Assembly: GCA_017467335.1 (NCBI GenBank)
Contig: JAFTSJ010000040.1
Span: 1 to 62,322 of the forward strand
Reading direction: 5' to 3'
From: Alphaproteobacteria bacterium
Lineage (GTDB): Bacteria > Pseudomonadota > Alphaproteobacteria > CAAHEQ01 > UBA3637
DNA length: 62,322 bases
Shown here piece by piece: positions 36,670 to 48,112 of this stretch. Positions within the stretch are counted from its first letter, which is position 1; each line of letters starts with the position of its first letter. A program made the position numbers and the translations under genes. The notes under the pieces are model-generated. The model searched no databases. It had not been told where the DNA came from and saw only the letters and a program-made list of their open reading frames with translations.

Positions 36670-39600
36670 ATGATTAAATCCGAAACCAATCGCAGAAGAG
36701 TTCGCAAAAACTTCGGTAAAATTGACGCCGCTGTCGAAATGCCGAATTTGATTGACGTTCAGACAAGTTCATACAAAGAGTTCTTGCAATGGGGCGTTCC
36801 GGTTGAAAAAAGACAAGATACCGGTTTACAGGAAGTATTTAAATCCGTGTTTCCGATACATGATTTTGCCGGACGTGGTGATTTGGAATTTATCAAATAC
36901 GAATTAGATGCACCGAAATTTGATGTTGATGAATGTTTAAAACGCAGTTTAACATACGCTGCTCCCGTACGGGCAACGTTGCGTTTGGTTGTTTGGGATG
37001 TTGATGCCACAACTGGTACACGTTCCATTCGGGATATTAAAGAACAAGATGTTTATATGGGTGACCTCCCGTTGATGACGGAAAAGGGGACATTTATTGT
37101 AAACGGTACGGAACGTGTTGTTGTTTCGCAAATGCACCGCTCCCCTGGTGTATTTTTTGACCATGATAACGGTGAAACACATTCGTCCGGTAAATATTTG
37201 TTCAGTGCTCGAATCATTCCGTATCGTGGTTCATGGATTGATTTTGAATTTGATGCGAAAGATTTATTATATGTTCGGATTGACCGTCGTCGTAAATTGC
37301 CTGTTTCATCATTATTATATGTTTTGGACAATGCAGATACGCAAGAACGTCGTGCTGCTGCCAAAGAAGATGGGTTAACTTTGGCTTCCAATGAAGTTGA
37401 AGGGATGAGCAAAGAAGAAATTTTAAATTACTTCTATGAAACGGTTACATTTACGAAGGATAAAAAAGGTTGGAAAACAGCGTTTGTTCCGGCTCAAATG
37501 AAAGGTGTTAAATTAGCACACGATTTAATCAATGCCAAAACCGGTAAAGTTGTCGCCGAAGCCGGTGAAAAATTAAACATGGGTAAAGCCAACAAATTAT
37601 TGCGTGATGGGTTGGAAGAATTTCGTGTTTTACCGGAAGAATTATTGGGTCGTTATGTTGCAATCGATTTTGTTGATGAAAAAACCGGTGAAGTTGTTAT
37701 GGAAGCCGGGGATGAAATCACGGAAGATGATTTGGCAAAATTGGCTGAATTAAAAGTTAAAGAATTACCGTTATTGCACATTGATTATGTTAATGTCGGA
37801 CCGTATATTCGCAATACATTAGTTGCCGATAAAAACACAACTCGGGAAGAATCATTGATTGATATTTACAAAATCATGCGTCCGGGTGAATTACCGGTTG
37901 TTGAAACAGCTGATGCTTTATTCCAAAGTTTGTTCTTTGATTTAGAACGGTATGATTTGTCCGCAGTCGGTCGTGTTAAGATGAATGCCCGTTTGGGATT
38001 TGATTCAAATTTAGTTCCGGATTCCGTTCGTGTTTTACGGAAAGAAGATATTTTAAAAATCTTAAAAACATTGGTTGAAATTAAAGACGGTAAAGGTCAA
38101 GTCGATGATATTGATAACTTAGGCAACCGCCGTGTTCGTGCTGTCGGTGAATTGATGGAAAACCAATATCGTTTGGGATTGCTTCGTATGGAACGGATGA
38201 TTCGTGAAAAAATGACATCAAGTGAAATTGATTCCATCATGCCCTACGATTTGATTAACGCTAAACCGTTATCAGCGGCTGTCCGTGAATTTTTTGCTTC
38301 ATCGCAATTATCTCAATTTATGGATCAAAACAATCCGTTGTCTGAAATTACGCATAAACGCCGTTTATCAGCATTAGGACCGGGTGGGTTAACTCGTGAC
38401 AGAGCCGGTATGGAAGTTCGTGACGTTCATCCGACACATTATGGTCGTATTTGTCCGATTGAATCTCCGGAAGGTCAAAACATTGGGTTGATTAACTCAT
38501 TATCAACATTTGCTAAAGTTGATAAGTATGGCTTTATTGAAACACCTTATCGCAAGATTGTTGATGGTAAAGTTTCTGAAGAAGTTGTTTATTTATCAGC
38601 CATGGAAGAAGCTTCTCACACTATTGCACAGGCAAACGCCAAGTTAAATGAAAAAGGTGAATTTGTTGAAGATTTGGTAACGGCACGTCATGCAGGCGAA
38701 GTTGTTTTAGTTAAACCCGAAGAAATCGATTTAATTGACGTTTCTCCGAAACAGGTTGTTTCCGTTGCTGCTTCATTGATTCCATTCTTGGAAAATGATG
38801 ACGCTAATCGTGCATTGATGGGATCAAACATGCAACGTCAAGGTGTTCCTTTGTTGCACAATGAAGCTCCGTTGGTTGGTACAGGTATGGAAGCATCCGT
38901 TGCAAAAGATTCAAAAGCTGCCGTTGCTGCACGCCGTGCCGGAATTGTAACACAGGTTGATTCTTCTCGTATTGTTATTCGGGCTACGGATGAATTAAGC
39001 ACAACACAATCTGACGTTGATATTTATACATTGGATAAATTCCAACGATCCAATACAGGTACGTGTATGAATCAAGAACCATTGGTACATACCGGAGATA
39101 AAGTTGTTAAAGGCGAAATTATCGCTGACGGTCCATGTACGGAATTAGGTGAGTTGGCCTTAGGTCGTAACGTATTGGTTGCTTTTATGCCTTGGAATGG
39201 GTACAACTATGAAGACTCTATTTTAATTTCAGAACGCATCGCTTCCGATGATGTTTATACATCTATTCACTTGGAAGAATTTGAAGTTGTTGCTCGTGAT
39301 ACGAAATTGGGTCAAGAAGAAATTACACGAGATATACCGAATGTCGGGGAAGAAGGCTTAAAGAATTTGGATGAAACCGGTATTATTTATATTGGGGCCG
39401 AAGTTAAAGCCGGTGACATTTTGGTTGGTAAAGTGACACCGAAAGGTGAAACGGTTATGACACCGGAAGAAAAGTTATTACGGACTATTTTCGGTGAAAA
39501 AGCTGCTGATGTTCGTGATTCTTCATTGCGTGTTCCGCCGGGGGTATTTGGTACGGTTATTGACGTTCGTATTTTTACACGCCGTGGTATTGAAAAAGAT

Positions 39601-40848
39601 GAACGTGCTTTGGCTATTGAACAAGCTGAAATCAATCGTTTAGCTAAAGACCGTGATGATGAAAAAGCCATCATTCAAGGTAGTTTCTACAATCGTATTC
39701 GTGGATTATTGGTCGGTCAAACTGTTGCTAAAGCCGAAGGTTTTGAAACAGGAACGATTTTAACACAAGAAGATGTTGATTCAATTGCCGGATATAATTT
39801 GCGTAAAGTCAGCGTTAAAGATGATGCGGTTATGACGCAGATTGAAGAATTGATTGCCACATTGATTCGGGCTGAAAAAGATTTACAAGAAAACTTTGAA
39901 AACCGTGTTGAAAAATTACAACGGGGCGATGAAATGATGGCCGGTGAATTGAAAAAGGTCAAAGTCTTTATTGCAACAAAACGTAAATTGCAACCGGGTG
40001 ATAAAATGTCCGGTCGTCACGGAAACAAAGGGGTTGTATCCCGTGTTTTACCGGTTGAAGACATGCCTTATACAGAAGATGGTACACCGATGGATATTGT
40101 TTTAAATCCGTTAGGGGTTCCTTCTCGTATGAATGTTGGTCAGATTTTGGAAACACACTTGGGCTATGCTTGTCGTGAATTAGGCCGACAAATCGGTGTT
40201 GTTGTTGACCAAGTTAAGGCACAACAATCAACAGTTGCTGATTTACGAGAAAAGTTAAAAGATGTTTATGGTGACCGAGAATATAGCCGTCATATCGCCG
40301 ATATGGATGATACGCAAGTTTTGGCAATGAGTGAAAATCTGAAAAAAGGTGTTCCTATTGCAACGCCGGTCTTTGACGGGGCACACCAAGACGATATTAA
40401 CGCTATGTTGAAAAAGGCGGGATTGAGTGAATCAGGTCAGGTAACTTTATACGATGGTTTGACAGGTGAACCGTTTGACAGAAAAGTTACTATCGGTTAT
40501 ATGTACATGTTAAAATTGCACCACTTGGTTGACGAAAAAATTCACGCTCGTTCAATTGGACCTTACAGTTTGGTTACACAACAACCACTCGGTGGTAAAG
40601 CCCAGTTCGGGGGTCAAAGATTTGGTGAAATGGAAGTTTGGGCATTGGAAGCATATGGAGCTGCCTACACCTTGCAAGAAATGTTGACCATCAAATCCGA
40701 TGACGTTTCTGGTCGTATTAAGGCTTATGAAACAATTATTCGGGGTGATAACAACTTTGAAGCAGGTATTCCGGAATCGTTCAACGTGTTGGTCAAAGAA
40801 ATCCGTTCTTTGGGTCTTGACATTGAATTGAACCAAAACGAAAAATAA
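36670..40848 (+). CDS. rpoB: RNA polymerase beta subunit
   Basis: [21 protein letters not shown] and [15 protein letters not shown] motifs. Alternative start at 36655. Confidence 0.99.
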   Translation: MIKSETNRRRVRKNFGKIDAAVEMPNLIDVQTSSYKEFLQWGVPVEKRQDTGLQEVFKSVFPIHDFAGRGDLEFIKYELDAPKFDVDECLKRSLTYAAPVRATLRLVVWDVDATTGTRSIRDIKEQDVYMGDLPLMTEKGTFIVNGTERVVVSQMHRSPGVFFDHDNGETHSSGKYLFSARIIPYRGSWIDFEFDAKDLLYVRIDRRRKLPVSSLLYVLDNADTQERRAAAKEDGLTLASNEVEGMSKEEILNYFYETVTFTKDKKGWKTAFVPAQMKGVKLAHDLINAKTGKVVAEAGEKLNMGKANKLLRDGLEEFRVLPEELLGRYVAIDFVDEKTGEVVMEAGDEITEDDLAKLAELKVKELPLLHIDYVNVGPYIRNTLVADKNTTREESLIDIYKIMRPGELPVVETADALFQSLFFDLERYDLSAVGRVKMNARLGFDSNLVPDSVRVLRKEDILKILKTLVEIKDGKGQVDDIDNLGNRRVRAVGELMENQYRLGLLRMERMIREKMTSSEIDSIMPYDLINAKPLSAAVREFFASSQLSQFMDQNNPLSEITHKRRLSALGPGGLTRDRAGMEVRDVHPTHYGRICPIESPEGQNIGLINSLSTFAKVDKYGFIETPYRKIVDGKVSEEVVYLSAMEEASHTIAQANAKLNEKGEFVEDLVTARHAGEVVLVKPEEIDLIDVSPKQVVSVAASLIPFLENDDANRALMGSNMQRQGVPLLHNEAPLVGTGMEASVAKDSKAAVAARRAGIVTQVDSSRIVIRATDELSTTQSDVDIYTLDKFQRSNTGTCMNQEPLVHTGDKVVKGEIIADGPCTELGELALGRNVLVAFMPWNGYNYEDSILISERIASDDVYTSIHLEEFEVVARDTKLGQEEITRDIPNVGEEGLKNLDETGIIYIGAEVKAGDILVGKVTPKGETVMTPEEKLLRTIFGEKAADVRDSSLRVPPGVFGTVIDVRIFTRRGIEKDERALAIEQAEINRLAKDRDDEKAIIQGSFYNRIRGLLVGQTVAKAEGFETGTILTQEDVDSIAGYNLRKVSVKDDAVMTQIEELIATLIRAEKDLQENFENRVEKLQRGDEMMAGELKKVKVFIATKRKLQPGDKMSGRHGNKGVVSRVLPVEDMPYTEDGTPMDIVLNPLGVPSRMNVGQILETHLGYACRELGRQIGVVVDQVKAQQSTVADLREKLKDVYGDREYSRHIADMDDTQVLAMSENLKKGVPIATPVFDGAHQDDINAMLKKAGLSESGQVTLYDGLTGEPFDRKVTIGYMYMLKLHHLVDEKIHARSIGPYSLVTQQPLGGKAQFGGQRFGEMEVWALEAYGAAYTLQEMLTIKSDDVSGRIKAYETIIRGDNNFEAGIPESFNVLVKEIRSLGLDIELNQNEK

Positions 40849-40907
40849 TTTCATCGGGAAAGGATTTATTCCTTTCCCTCAACGCCATATAAAAATGAGG
40901 TTACATA

Positions 40908-43900
40908 ATGAATGAATTGATTACTACTTTTGGACAAGTTGCATCACCGCAAACGTTTGACGATATTCGCATTTCCATTGCTTCACCGGAACGGATTCGT
41001 GAATGGTCTTTTGGGGAAGTTACTCGTCCGGAAACAATTAACTATCGTACGTTTAAACCGGAAAAAGACGGGTTGTTCTGTGCTAAAATTTTTGGTCCGG
41101 TCAAAGATTACGAATGTTTGTGCGGTAAGTATAAACGTATGAAATATCGTGGGATTACTTGCGAAAAGTGTGGTGTTGAAGTCACATTGTCAAAAGTTCG
41201 CCGTGAACGGATGGGACATATTGAATTGGCTTGTCCCGTTACGCATATTTGGTTTTTGAAATCATTACCCAGTCGCATCGGTACATTGCTTGATATGATG
41301 TTAAAAAGTTTGGAAGCCGTTTTATATTTTGAAAAATATATTGTTATTGAGCCGGGTTTGACAAATTTAAAACAACATGAATTGTTGTCGGAAGAACAAT
41401 ATCAAACGGCTTTGGAAGAATACGGCGAAGATGCTTTCCGAGTCGGTATTGGGGCAGAAGCCATTAAAGAAATGCTTTCTCAAATTGATTTAGGGGCAGA
41501 AGCAGCTCGTTTACGTGCTGATTTAATCAGTACAACATCTGATATGAAACGCAAAAAAATCGTTAAAAAATTAAAGTTAGTTGAAGCGTTTTTAGAATCA
41601 GGTTCTCGTCCGGAATGGATGGTGTTAGATGTATTGCCGGTTATTCCGCCTGAATTACGTCCGCTTGTTCCGTTAGATGGCGGTCGTTTTGCCACATCTG
41701 ATTTGAATGATTTATACCGCCGTGTTATTAACCGTAATAATCGTTTAAAACGGTTGTTGGAATTGCGGGCTCCGGAAATTATCATTCGTAATGAAAAACG
41801 TATGTTACAAGAAGCGGTTGATGCTTTGTTTGATAACGGTCGCCGTGGTCGGGCTGTTGCCGGTACAAATAAACGTCCGTTAAAATCCTTGGCTGATATG
41901 CTTAAAGGTAAACAAGGTCGTTTCCGTCAAAACTTGCTTGGTAAACGTGTTGACTATTCCGGTCGTTCCGTTATTACGGTTGGTCCTGAATTGATGTTAC
42001 ATCAATGCGGTTTGCCGAAACGGATGGCTTTGGAATTATTTAAACCGTTTATTTATTCTAAATTAGAACAACGTGGTTTGGCAACAACGATTAAAGCTGC
42101 TAAAAAAATGGTTGAAAAGGAAAGACCGGAAGTTTGGGATATTTTATCCGAAGTTATCCGTGAACATCCTGTTTTGTTAAACCGTGCGCCGACATTGCAC
42201 CGTTTGGGGATTCAAGCGTTTGAACCGGTTTTGATTGAAGGTAAGGCTATTCAATTACATCCGTTGGTTTGTACAGCATTTAACGCTGACTTTGACGGTG
42301 ACCAGATGGCTGTCCACGTTCCGTTGTCAACGGAAGCTCAATTAGAAGCTCGTGTTTTAATGATGTCAACCAATAATATTTTATCTCCGGCCAGCGGTAA
42401 ACCGATTATTGTGCCGACACAAGATATTATTTTGGGTTTGTACTATTTGTCCATGGAACGTGATGGGGAACCGGGTGAAGGTATGGTATTTGCCGGTCCG
42501 CAAGAAATTGAACATGCTTTATTTGAAAAAGTTGTTACATTGCATTCGAAAATTAAAGTTCGTTTGACAATTATGGATGATGACGGTCAAAAACGGACTA
42601 AGTTGGTTTCAACAACACCGGGACGTGTGACATTGGCCTCTATTTTGCCGGACAACAGCAAAATTCCGTTTAGTTTGATGAACCGTTTAATCCGGAAAAA
42701 AGAAGTTTCGGAAATTATTGATGCCGTTTATCGTTTCTGCGGTCAAAAAGAAACATGTATTTTTGCAGACAGAGTAATGGGATTAGGTTATCGTCAAGCT
42801 GCGTTAGCCGGTATTTCATTTGGTAAAGATGACATGATTATTCCGGAAGCTAAAAAAACATTATTGGCTGAAACAAAAGCCAAGACGGCTGAATACGAAC
42901 GCCAATATCAAGATGGTTTGATTACTCGATTGGAAAAATACAATAAAGTTGTTGACGCTTGGGCTAAATGTACGGATGATATTTCCGATGCCATGATGAA
43001 AGAAATTTCCAAAGCCGAAGTTGGTAAACCGATTAACTCTGTTTACATGATGGCACATTCAGGGGCTCGTGGTTCTGCAACACAGATGCGTCAGTTAGCC
43101 GGTATGCGTGGCTTGATGGCTAAACCGAATGGCGAAATTATTGAAACACCGATTACGTCTAACTTTAAAGAAGGGTTGACGGTTATGGAATACTTTAACT
43201 CGACACACGGGGCTCGTAAAGGTTTGGCGGATACGGCTTTGAAAACGGCTAACTCCGGTTACTTGACACGGCGTTTGGTTGATGTTGCACAAGATGCCAT
43301 TATTACGATGGAAGATTGTGGTACGGACCAAGGTATTACCATTCAGCCGATTATTGAAGGAGGCGATGTTATTGCTTCTACCGGTGAACGTATTTTAGGT
43401 CGTACGGTTGCAGAAGACATTATTGATCCGGAAACAAACGAAATTATTGTACCGAAAAACAAGCTGATTGACGAATATGACGTTGAAAAAATTGATGCTG
43501 TTGGCGTTGAATCCGTTAAAATTCGTTCGGTTTTAACATGTGAAGCAGAAAATGGTATTTGCTGTGCTTGTTATGGTCGTGATTTGGCTCGTGGAACACC
43601 GGTCAATTTAGGTGAAGTTGTCGGTATTATTGCGGCACAATCCATTGGGGAACCGGGGACACAGTTGACCATGCGTACTTTCCACGTTGGGGGTACGGCC
43701 CAAAAAGGGGCAGAACAATCCAGTATTGACGTTGGATTCGATGCCAAAGTTAAATTGGTCGGCTGTAATGTTATTGCCGATTCCAAAGGAGATAACATCG
43801 TCTTATCCCGTAACTGTGAAGTATCCTTGTTGGATGCCAATAACCGTGAAAAAGCCCGTCATAAGGTACCATATGGGGCTAAATTGATGGTTCAAGATGG

Positions 43901-45035
43901 CGATAAGGTTACAAAAGGGGCTCGTATTGCCGAATGGGATCCTTATACAATGCCGATTATCGTTGATAAAAACGGTAAAGTTAAGTATGAAGATTTGGTT
44001 GAAGGCGAAACAGTTCGAGAAATGGTTGATGAAGCAACCGGTTTAACATCAAAAGTGATTACACGTCCGGTATCATCCAAAGTTGAACGCCGTCCGCATT
44101 TAGCCTTATTAGATGGTAAAGGTAAAATCTTTAAGTTTGGTAACGGTATGGAAGCTCGCTACTACTTGCCGGTTGACGCTGTTGTTGCCGTTGAAAACGG
44201 TCAAGATGTTCAAATTGGGGATGTATTGGCTCGTTTACCACGTGAAAGTTCTAAAACACGGGATATTACCGGTGGGTTGCCTCGTGTTGCTGAATTGTTT
44301 GAAGCTCGTTGTCCGAAAGATCCGGCGATTATTTCCGAAATTGACGGACAAATTGAATATGGTGTTGACTTTAAAACAAAACGCCGGATTGTTGTTAAGT
44401 CTATGGACGGTGAAACATCTCGTGAATATTTAATCCCGAGAGGACGTACAGTTGCCGTTCACGAAGGCGATTATGTTCGTAAAGGGGATATGATTGTTGA
44501 AGGGGCTTTGGATCCGCATGATATTTTACGAGTAATGGGTGTTGAAGCACTGGCACACTATCTTGTAAAGGAAGTTCAAGCTGTGTATCGTTTGCAAGGT
44601 GTTAAAATCAATGATAAACACATTGAAGTTATTGTCCGTCAAATGATGCAGAAGTTAGAAGTAACGGACGCTGGTGATACAACGTTATTGGTTGGTGAAC
44701 AGGTTGATAAAGATACGGTTATTGCTGAAAATCTAAAAGCTTTGAAATCAGGCGGACGGGAAGCAACGGTTACACCTGTTCTCTTAGGTATCACAAAGGC
44801 CAGTTTGCAAACAACGTCCTTTATTTCAGCAGCATCCTTCCAAGAAACAACTCGTGTCTTAACGGAAGCAGCAACAGAAGGCAAACGGGACAAATTGGTT
44901 GGTTTGAAAGAAAACGTCATTGTCGGTCGTTTAATTCCGGCAGGTACGGGTGCTCAAATGCAACGGTTGCGTCAAATTGCGGCTAACCGTGATAAAGAAG
45001 TTTTGGAAGCCCAAAATAAAGAAACGGTTGCTTAA
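40908..45035 (+). CDS. rpoC: RNA polymerase beta-prime subunit
   Basis: NADFDGDQM catalytic motif, N-terminal zinc finger and SAASFQETT motif. Confidence 0.99.
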   Translation: MNELITTFGQVASPQTFDDIRISIASPERIREWSFGEVTRPETINYRTFKPEKDGLFCAKIFGPVKDYECLCGKYKRMKYRGITCEKCGVEVTLSKVRRERMGHIELACPVTHIWFLKSLPSRIGTLLDMMLKSLEAVLYFEKYIVIEPGLTNLKQHELLSEEQYQTALEEYGEDAFRVGIGAEAIKEMLSQIDLGAEAARLRADLISTTSDMKRKKIVKKLKLVEAFLESGSRPEWMVLDVLPVIPPELRPLVPLDGGRFATSDLNDLYRRVINRNNRLKRLLELRAPEIIIRNEKRMLQEAVDALFDNGRRGRAVAGTNKRPLKSLADMLKGKQGRFRQNLLGKRVDYSGRSVITVGPELMLHQCGLPKRMALELFKPFIYSKLEQRGLATTIKAAKKMVEKERPEVWDILSEVIREHPVLLNRAPTLHRLGIQAFEPVLIEGKAIQLHPLVCTAFNADFDGDQMAVHVPLSTEAQLEARVLMMSTNNILSPASGKPIIVPTQDIILGLYYLSMERDGEPGEGMVFAGPQEIEHALFEKVVTLHSKIKVRLTIMDDDGQKRTKLVSTTPGRVTLASILPDNSKIPFSLMNRLIRKKEVSEIIDAVYRFCGQKETCIFADRVMGLGYRQAALAGISFGKDDMIIPEAKKTLLAETKAKTAEYERQYQDGLITRLEKYNKVVDAWAKCTDDISDAMMKEISKAEVGKPINSVYMMAHSGARGSATQMRQLAGMRGLMAKPNGEIIETPITSNFKEGLTVMEYFNSTHGARKGLADTALKTANSGYLTRRLVDVAQDAIITMEDCGTDQGITIQPIIEGGDVIASTGERILGRTVAEDIIDPETNEIIVPKNKLIDEYDVEKIDAVGVESVKIRSVLTCEAENGICCACYGRDLARGTPVNLGEVVGIIAAQSIGEPGTQLTMRTFHVGGTAQKGAEQSSIDVGFDAKVKLVGCNVIADSKGDNIVLSRNCEVSLLDANNREKARHKVPYGAKLMVQDGDKVTKGARIAEWDPYTMPIIVDKNGKVKYEDLVEGETVREMVDEATGLTSKVITRPVSSKVERRPHLALLDGKGKIFKFGNGMEARYYLPVDAVVAVENGQDVQIGDVLARLPRESSKTRDITGGLPRVAELFEARCPKDPAIISEIDGQIEYGVDFKTKRRIVVKSMDGETSREYLIPRGRTVAVHEGDYVRKGDMIVEGALDPHDILRVMGVEALAHYLVKEVQAVYRLQGVKINDKHIEVIVRQMMQKLEVTDAGDTTLLVGEQVDKDTVIAENLKALKSGGREATVTPVLLGITKASLQTTSFISAASFQETTRVLTEAATEGKRDKLVGLKENVIVGRLIPAGTGAQMQRLRQIAANRDKEVLEAQNKETVA

Positions 45036-45055
45036 CATCTGTTTTAGTTAACAGG

Positions 45056-45110
45056 AAGCGAGATTTTGTTTTTTTCGTGTCATCACGGGGGATCAAAATC
45101 TCGCTTTTTT
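45056..45110 (+). terminator. Long hairpin terminator after rpoC
   Basis: AAGCGAGATTTTG...CAAAATCTCGCTT followed by a T tract. Confidence 0.8.
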
Positions 45111-45317
45111 CATATCATGCGTTATGAAGGTGATATCTTTTTTATTCTCATATAAAAACAATAAAACACTCTTTAAATATGGGTATCGTCTTAAAAAATG
45201 TTTGTCATAATGGTTTGTATGATATTTGCAGATTGCTATGATTGAGCAAAATACAATATAGAAAATGAAAGGAAATGGATAACAATTTGTTTTATAAAAA
45301 CACATTGTTAAAAATAA

Positions 45318-45346
45318 TTGACAAACTTCCTGAAAAAGTATAAAAT
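45318..45346 (+). promoter_or_regulatory. Sigma70 promoter of the 45387 gene
   Basis: TTGACA-N17-TAAAAT. Confidence 0.55.
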
Positions 45347-45386
45347 AAAAAAACATAGATTGTTAGGGTATTGAAAGGAGTTGTTA

Positions 45387-46079
45387 ATGACAGGCAAAAA
45401 AGAATTGAGGGTTCAAGATTTATTTGATATACACCCGCTGGGTAATAAAAATGGCAATATGTGGAGTATTACATTAAAAAATAAGGCATATTCAGCATTG
45501 TCGCAAGAACAAAAATCGGTTGTTCGCAGTCAATTATGTTCTGTTAAATTATATGCCGGTAACCAAGTTTATCAAGATGGGTCTAATGATGTAAAGGGAT
45601 TTGATATAGCTCGCCGCCGGACGGGTGGTATCAGATACATCGGAACAAAAGAATTGTGTGATGATTTATTGCAAAAAATGGCAGAATCTCTAACAGATAC
45701 AAAATCAAACCGTGATTTGGTTAGTGAATTGTTCGTATCACGCCCGATTATTGGTTTTGGCGGACCGGTTAAAACATATACACTGAATAACAAAGCATAT
45801 GAATTGTTTTCTGATATGGACAAACAAAAGATTCGGGAAAGTTTGTGGGACATGGGTTTACCAATGCACGCAGGCGGTCGGTCATTGCCGGAACAATTGA
45901 GTGAAAAAGATTTTGATAAAGCTCGTAAACGTTTGGGTGGTTTATGGTTTTCAGGGGAACAAGGTATGTTGGAAGAAGCCGTCCAAAATATTCGACAAGT
46001 CTTATCAGGGGACAAAGCACGGGTTTTGGATTCTGTTACATTAAACATTCAACGGACACTTGCTGCTAAAACAAAATAA
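45387..46079 (+). CDS. Hypothetical protein with a two-fold internal repeat
   Basis: AAGGAG RBS and its own terminator. TLKNKAY...FDIARRRTGG is repeated as TLNNKAY...FDKARKRLGG. Confidence 0.75.
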   Translation: MTGKKELRVQDLFDIHPLGNKNGNMWSITLKNKAYSALSQEQKSVVRSQLCSVKLYAGNQVYQDGSNDVKGFDIARRRTGGIRYIGTKELCDDLLQKMAESLTDTKSNRDLVSELFVSRPIIGFGGPVKTYTLNNKAYELFSDMDKQKIRESLWDMGLPMHAGGRSLPEQLSEKDFDKARKRLGGLWFSGEQGMLEEAVQNIRQVLSGDKARVLDSVTLNIQRTLAAKTK

Positions 46080-46101
46080 TGTCTTCTTTGTTTTTTTATC
46101 T

Positions 46102-46131
46102 AACGGCTTATCAATCAGATAAGCCGTTTTT
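46102..46131 (+). terminator. Intrinsic terminator
   Basis: AACGGCTTATC-aatca-GATAAGCCGTT-TTT. Confidence 0.85.
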
Positions 46132-46446
46132 ATAATCGTTTGATATTATCTGATAAGATGAAACAATCTTATTAGAACATAATATGTTTGTATCATTTTG
46201 GTAATTTTTTTCTCATTCGCAAACAGATGATAAAATAAGACAAAATCCACCAAACAATTGTTTCAATTCGCATAGCGTTTTTTTATGTTCTTAATATATG
46301 TTGTTGTTTGATTGATATATAGAACCATTTGCAGTCCGATGATAAAATCTATGGAATAAATAAGATGACTATCAATAGCAATTAAAAATGCTTTTAAGAT
46401 ATTGTTAAAATAGAATTGTATGTCATTTTATCCTTTTTATTTTATG

Positions 46447-47304
46447 CTAATTAAAAACGATATCTGCCAGTAACCCACCGCATATACCACATATTAACAA
46501 TAATAAAACGGTTTTAAATAATAATTTGATATCTGCTCCTGACTTATAAAAAACAAGTAATCCGACACCGGCATTACTGAATAATCCGGCCATCATGACA
46601 GATAAAGGAATAACCGATTCCACATATAACCGAGTAAGTGTAACCGGTACGGCACAATTGGGAATTAATCCCAAACAAGCAGATAATAAAATACCCCAAA
46701 ACGTGTTGTGTTTTGTTAAATCAGCAATCATTTGTTCTCCGGTTAATTCAAAAATACAATTCAAAATAAATGAAATTAAAAGAATAAATATCATAATTCG
46801 AACAGTATGAAAGATGGCTGATTTCAAAATACCGTGATGATGACACAGACATTTATCATGATGGCACAAGGTGTGTATTTTAAATGTTGGAGTTGTTTTA
46901 AAAAATTGGTCAATAATTAACCCGATACCAATGGCAAATATCATTTGAAATAATAAAATAGCACATATCATGCCACCATTGATATTGGCAACAATTAACA
47001 TCGGTAACATTTCATCCGCTGTTGCTAAATAAACCGAAATCAATGTACCATATGAAATCAATTTTGTAATATATAGATTGCTGACAGTGGCAGCCAAGCC
47101 ACAACCACTGACCGGTGTTAAGATGGCTCCATACAATGGGCCGTAAGGATTGACCCTACAAATAATTTTACGAATCCTTGATTGAGCATTATGTTCAATG
47201 TATTCAAGAATTAAATATGTTAAAAACAAATATGGAATCAATTTAATTGAATCCATAAAAGTATGTATCCCTAAATGAGATAATACAGCGAATGAAAATG
47301 ACAT
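46447..47304 (-). CDS. Putative metal (Mn/As) transporter membrane protein
   Basis: LIPYLFLTYLILEYIEH, His/Cys-rich HTLCHHDKCLCHHH loop, GLIPNCA and AGLFSNAGVGLLV motifs. Confidence 0.75.
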   Translation of the reverse strand: MSFSFAVLSHLGIHTFMDSIKLIPYLFLTYLILEYIEHNAQSRIRKIICRVNPYGPLYGAILTPVSGCGLAATVSNLYITKLISYGTLISVYLATADEMLPMLIVANINGGMICAILLFQMIFAIGIGLIIDQFFKTTPTFKIHTLCHHDKCLCHHHGILKSAIFHTVRIMIFILLISFILNCIFELTGEQMIADLTKHNTFWGILLSACLGLIPNCAVPVTLTRLYVESVIPLSVMMAGLFSNAGVGLLVFYKSGADIKLLFKTVLLLLICGICGGLLADIVFN

Positions 47305-47455
47305 TTTATTTTCCTTATTTTGGGCTGACAATACCACAAAATTTGTAAAAAATACAATATTTTTTATTTATTTGCGTAAAAAAAGCATCTTGTTTCTAAT
47401 TTTTTAAGAATTTTTATCATAAATATATATGATATAGCGATGAAAGGGTGTTTAA

Positions 47456-48112
47456 ATGATATACGGATATATACGAATCAGTACCGATAAACAACAAGTG
47501 GATAATCAATTTTATGAAATCAAGCAATACGCTGAAAAACATCAAATTATTATAGACAGATGGGTAGAAGAAACCATCAGTTCAAGACAAGATTTAAATC
47601 GGCGAAAATTGGGTCCTTTACTTCGTAATTTACGCAGAGGAGATGTATTGATTACGTGTGAATTATCTCGGTTAGGACGTAATTTATTACAGGTTATGAG
47701 CATATTACATCATTGTATGTGTCGGGAATGTCAGGTATGGACCATCAAAGAAAATTACAGATTGGGGGCTGATATTCAATCAAAGGTATTGGCTTTTGCA
47801 TTTGGATTATCGGCAGAAATTGAACGTAATTTAATTTCACAAAGAACAAAGGAAGCCTTGGCTCGATTAAAAGCAGAAGGACAAAAATTAGGACGGCCGA
47901 CCGGTCGTCAGAACAGAGAAACAAAATTAAATGCACAAGTTACATTGATTCAAAGAATGTTAAAAAGTCGTGTTACAAAAGCACAAATTGCACAAGCTTG
48001 TAATGTTAGTCCATCCACATTGTATCGTTTTCTGAATGCGAAACAATTTGGCGATATGATGGCTGAATATTTAGCAGAAACGGATGAAGCTTATCAGATG
48101 TTAGATGAATAA
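47456..48112 (+). CDS. Serine recombinase, Mpi-like (multiple-promoter invertase) family
   Basis: MIYGYIRISTDKQ (catalytic Ser), ELSRLGRNL, VWTIKENYRLGADIQSKVLAFAFGLSAEIERNLISQRTKEALAR and a C-terminal HTH (VSPSTLYRFL). No adjacent transposase or element ends were seen. Confidence 0.88.
   Translation: MIYGYIRISTDKQQVDNQFYEIKQYAEKHQIIIDRWVEETISSRQDLNRRKLGPLLRNLRRGDVLITCELSRLGRNLLQVMSILHHCMCRECQVWTIKENYRLGADIQSKVLAFAFGLSAEIERNLISQRTKEALARLKAEGQKLGRPTGRQNRETKLNAQVTLIQRMLKSRVTKAQIAQACNVSPSTLYRFLNAKQFGDMMAEYLAETDEAYQMLDE

Noticed and set aside
38281-38400. Rifampicin-resistance substitutions in RpoB cluster I
   Set aside because: [26 protein letters not shown] retains the susceptible-type residues.
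36759-44920. Numerous short antisense and alternate-frame ORFs inside rpoB/rpoC (and similarly in rho, ychF, dnaJ)
   Set aside because: These are codon-bias shadows of highly conserved genes.
45093-45356. 87-aa minus-strand ORF after rpoC
   Set aside because: Low-complexity AT-rich frame overlapping the rpoC terminator and the next promoter, with no RBS.
47338-47455. Invertible segment or res site adjacent to the invertase
   Set aside because: AT-rich promoter region without a convincing repeat pair.
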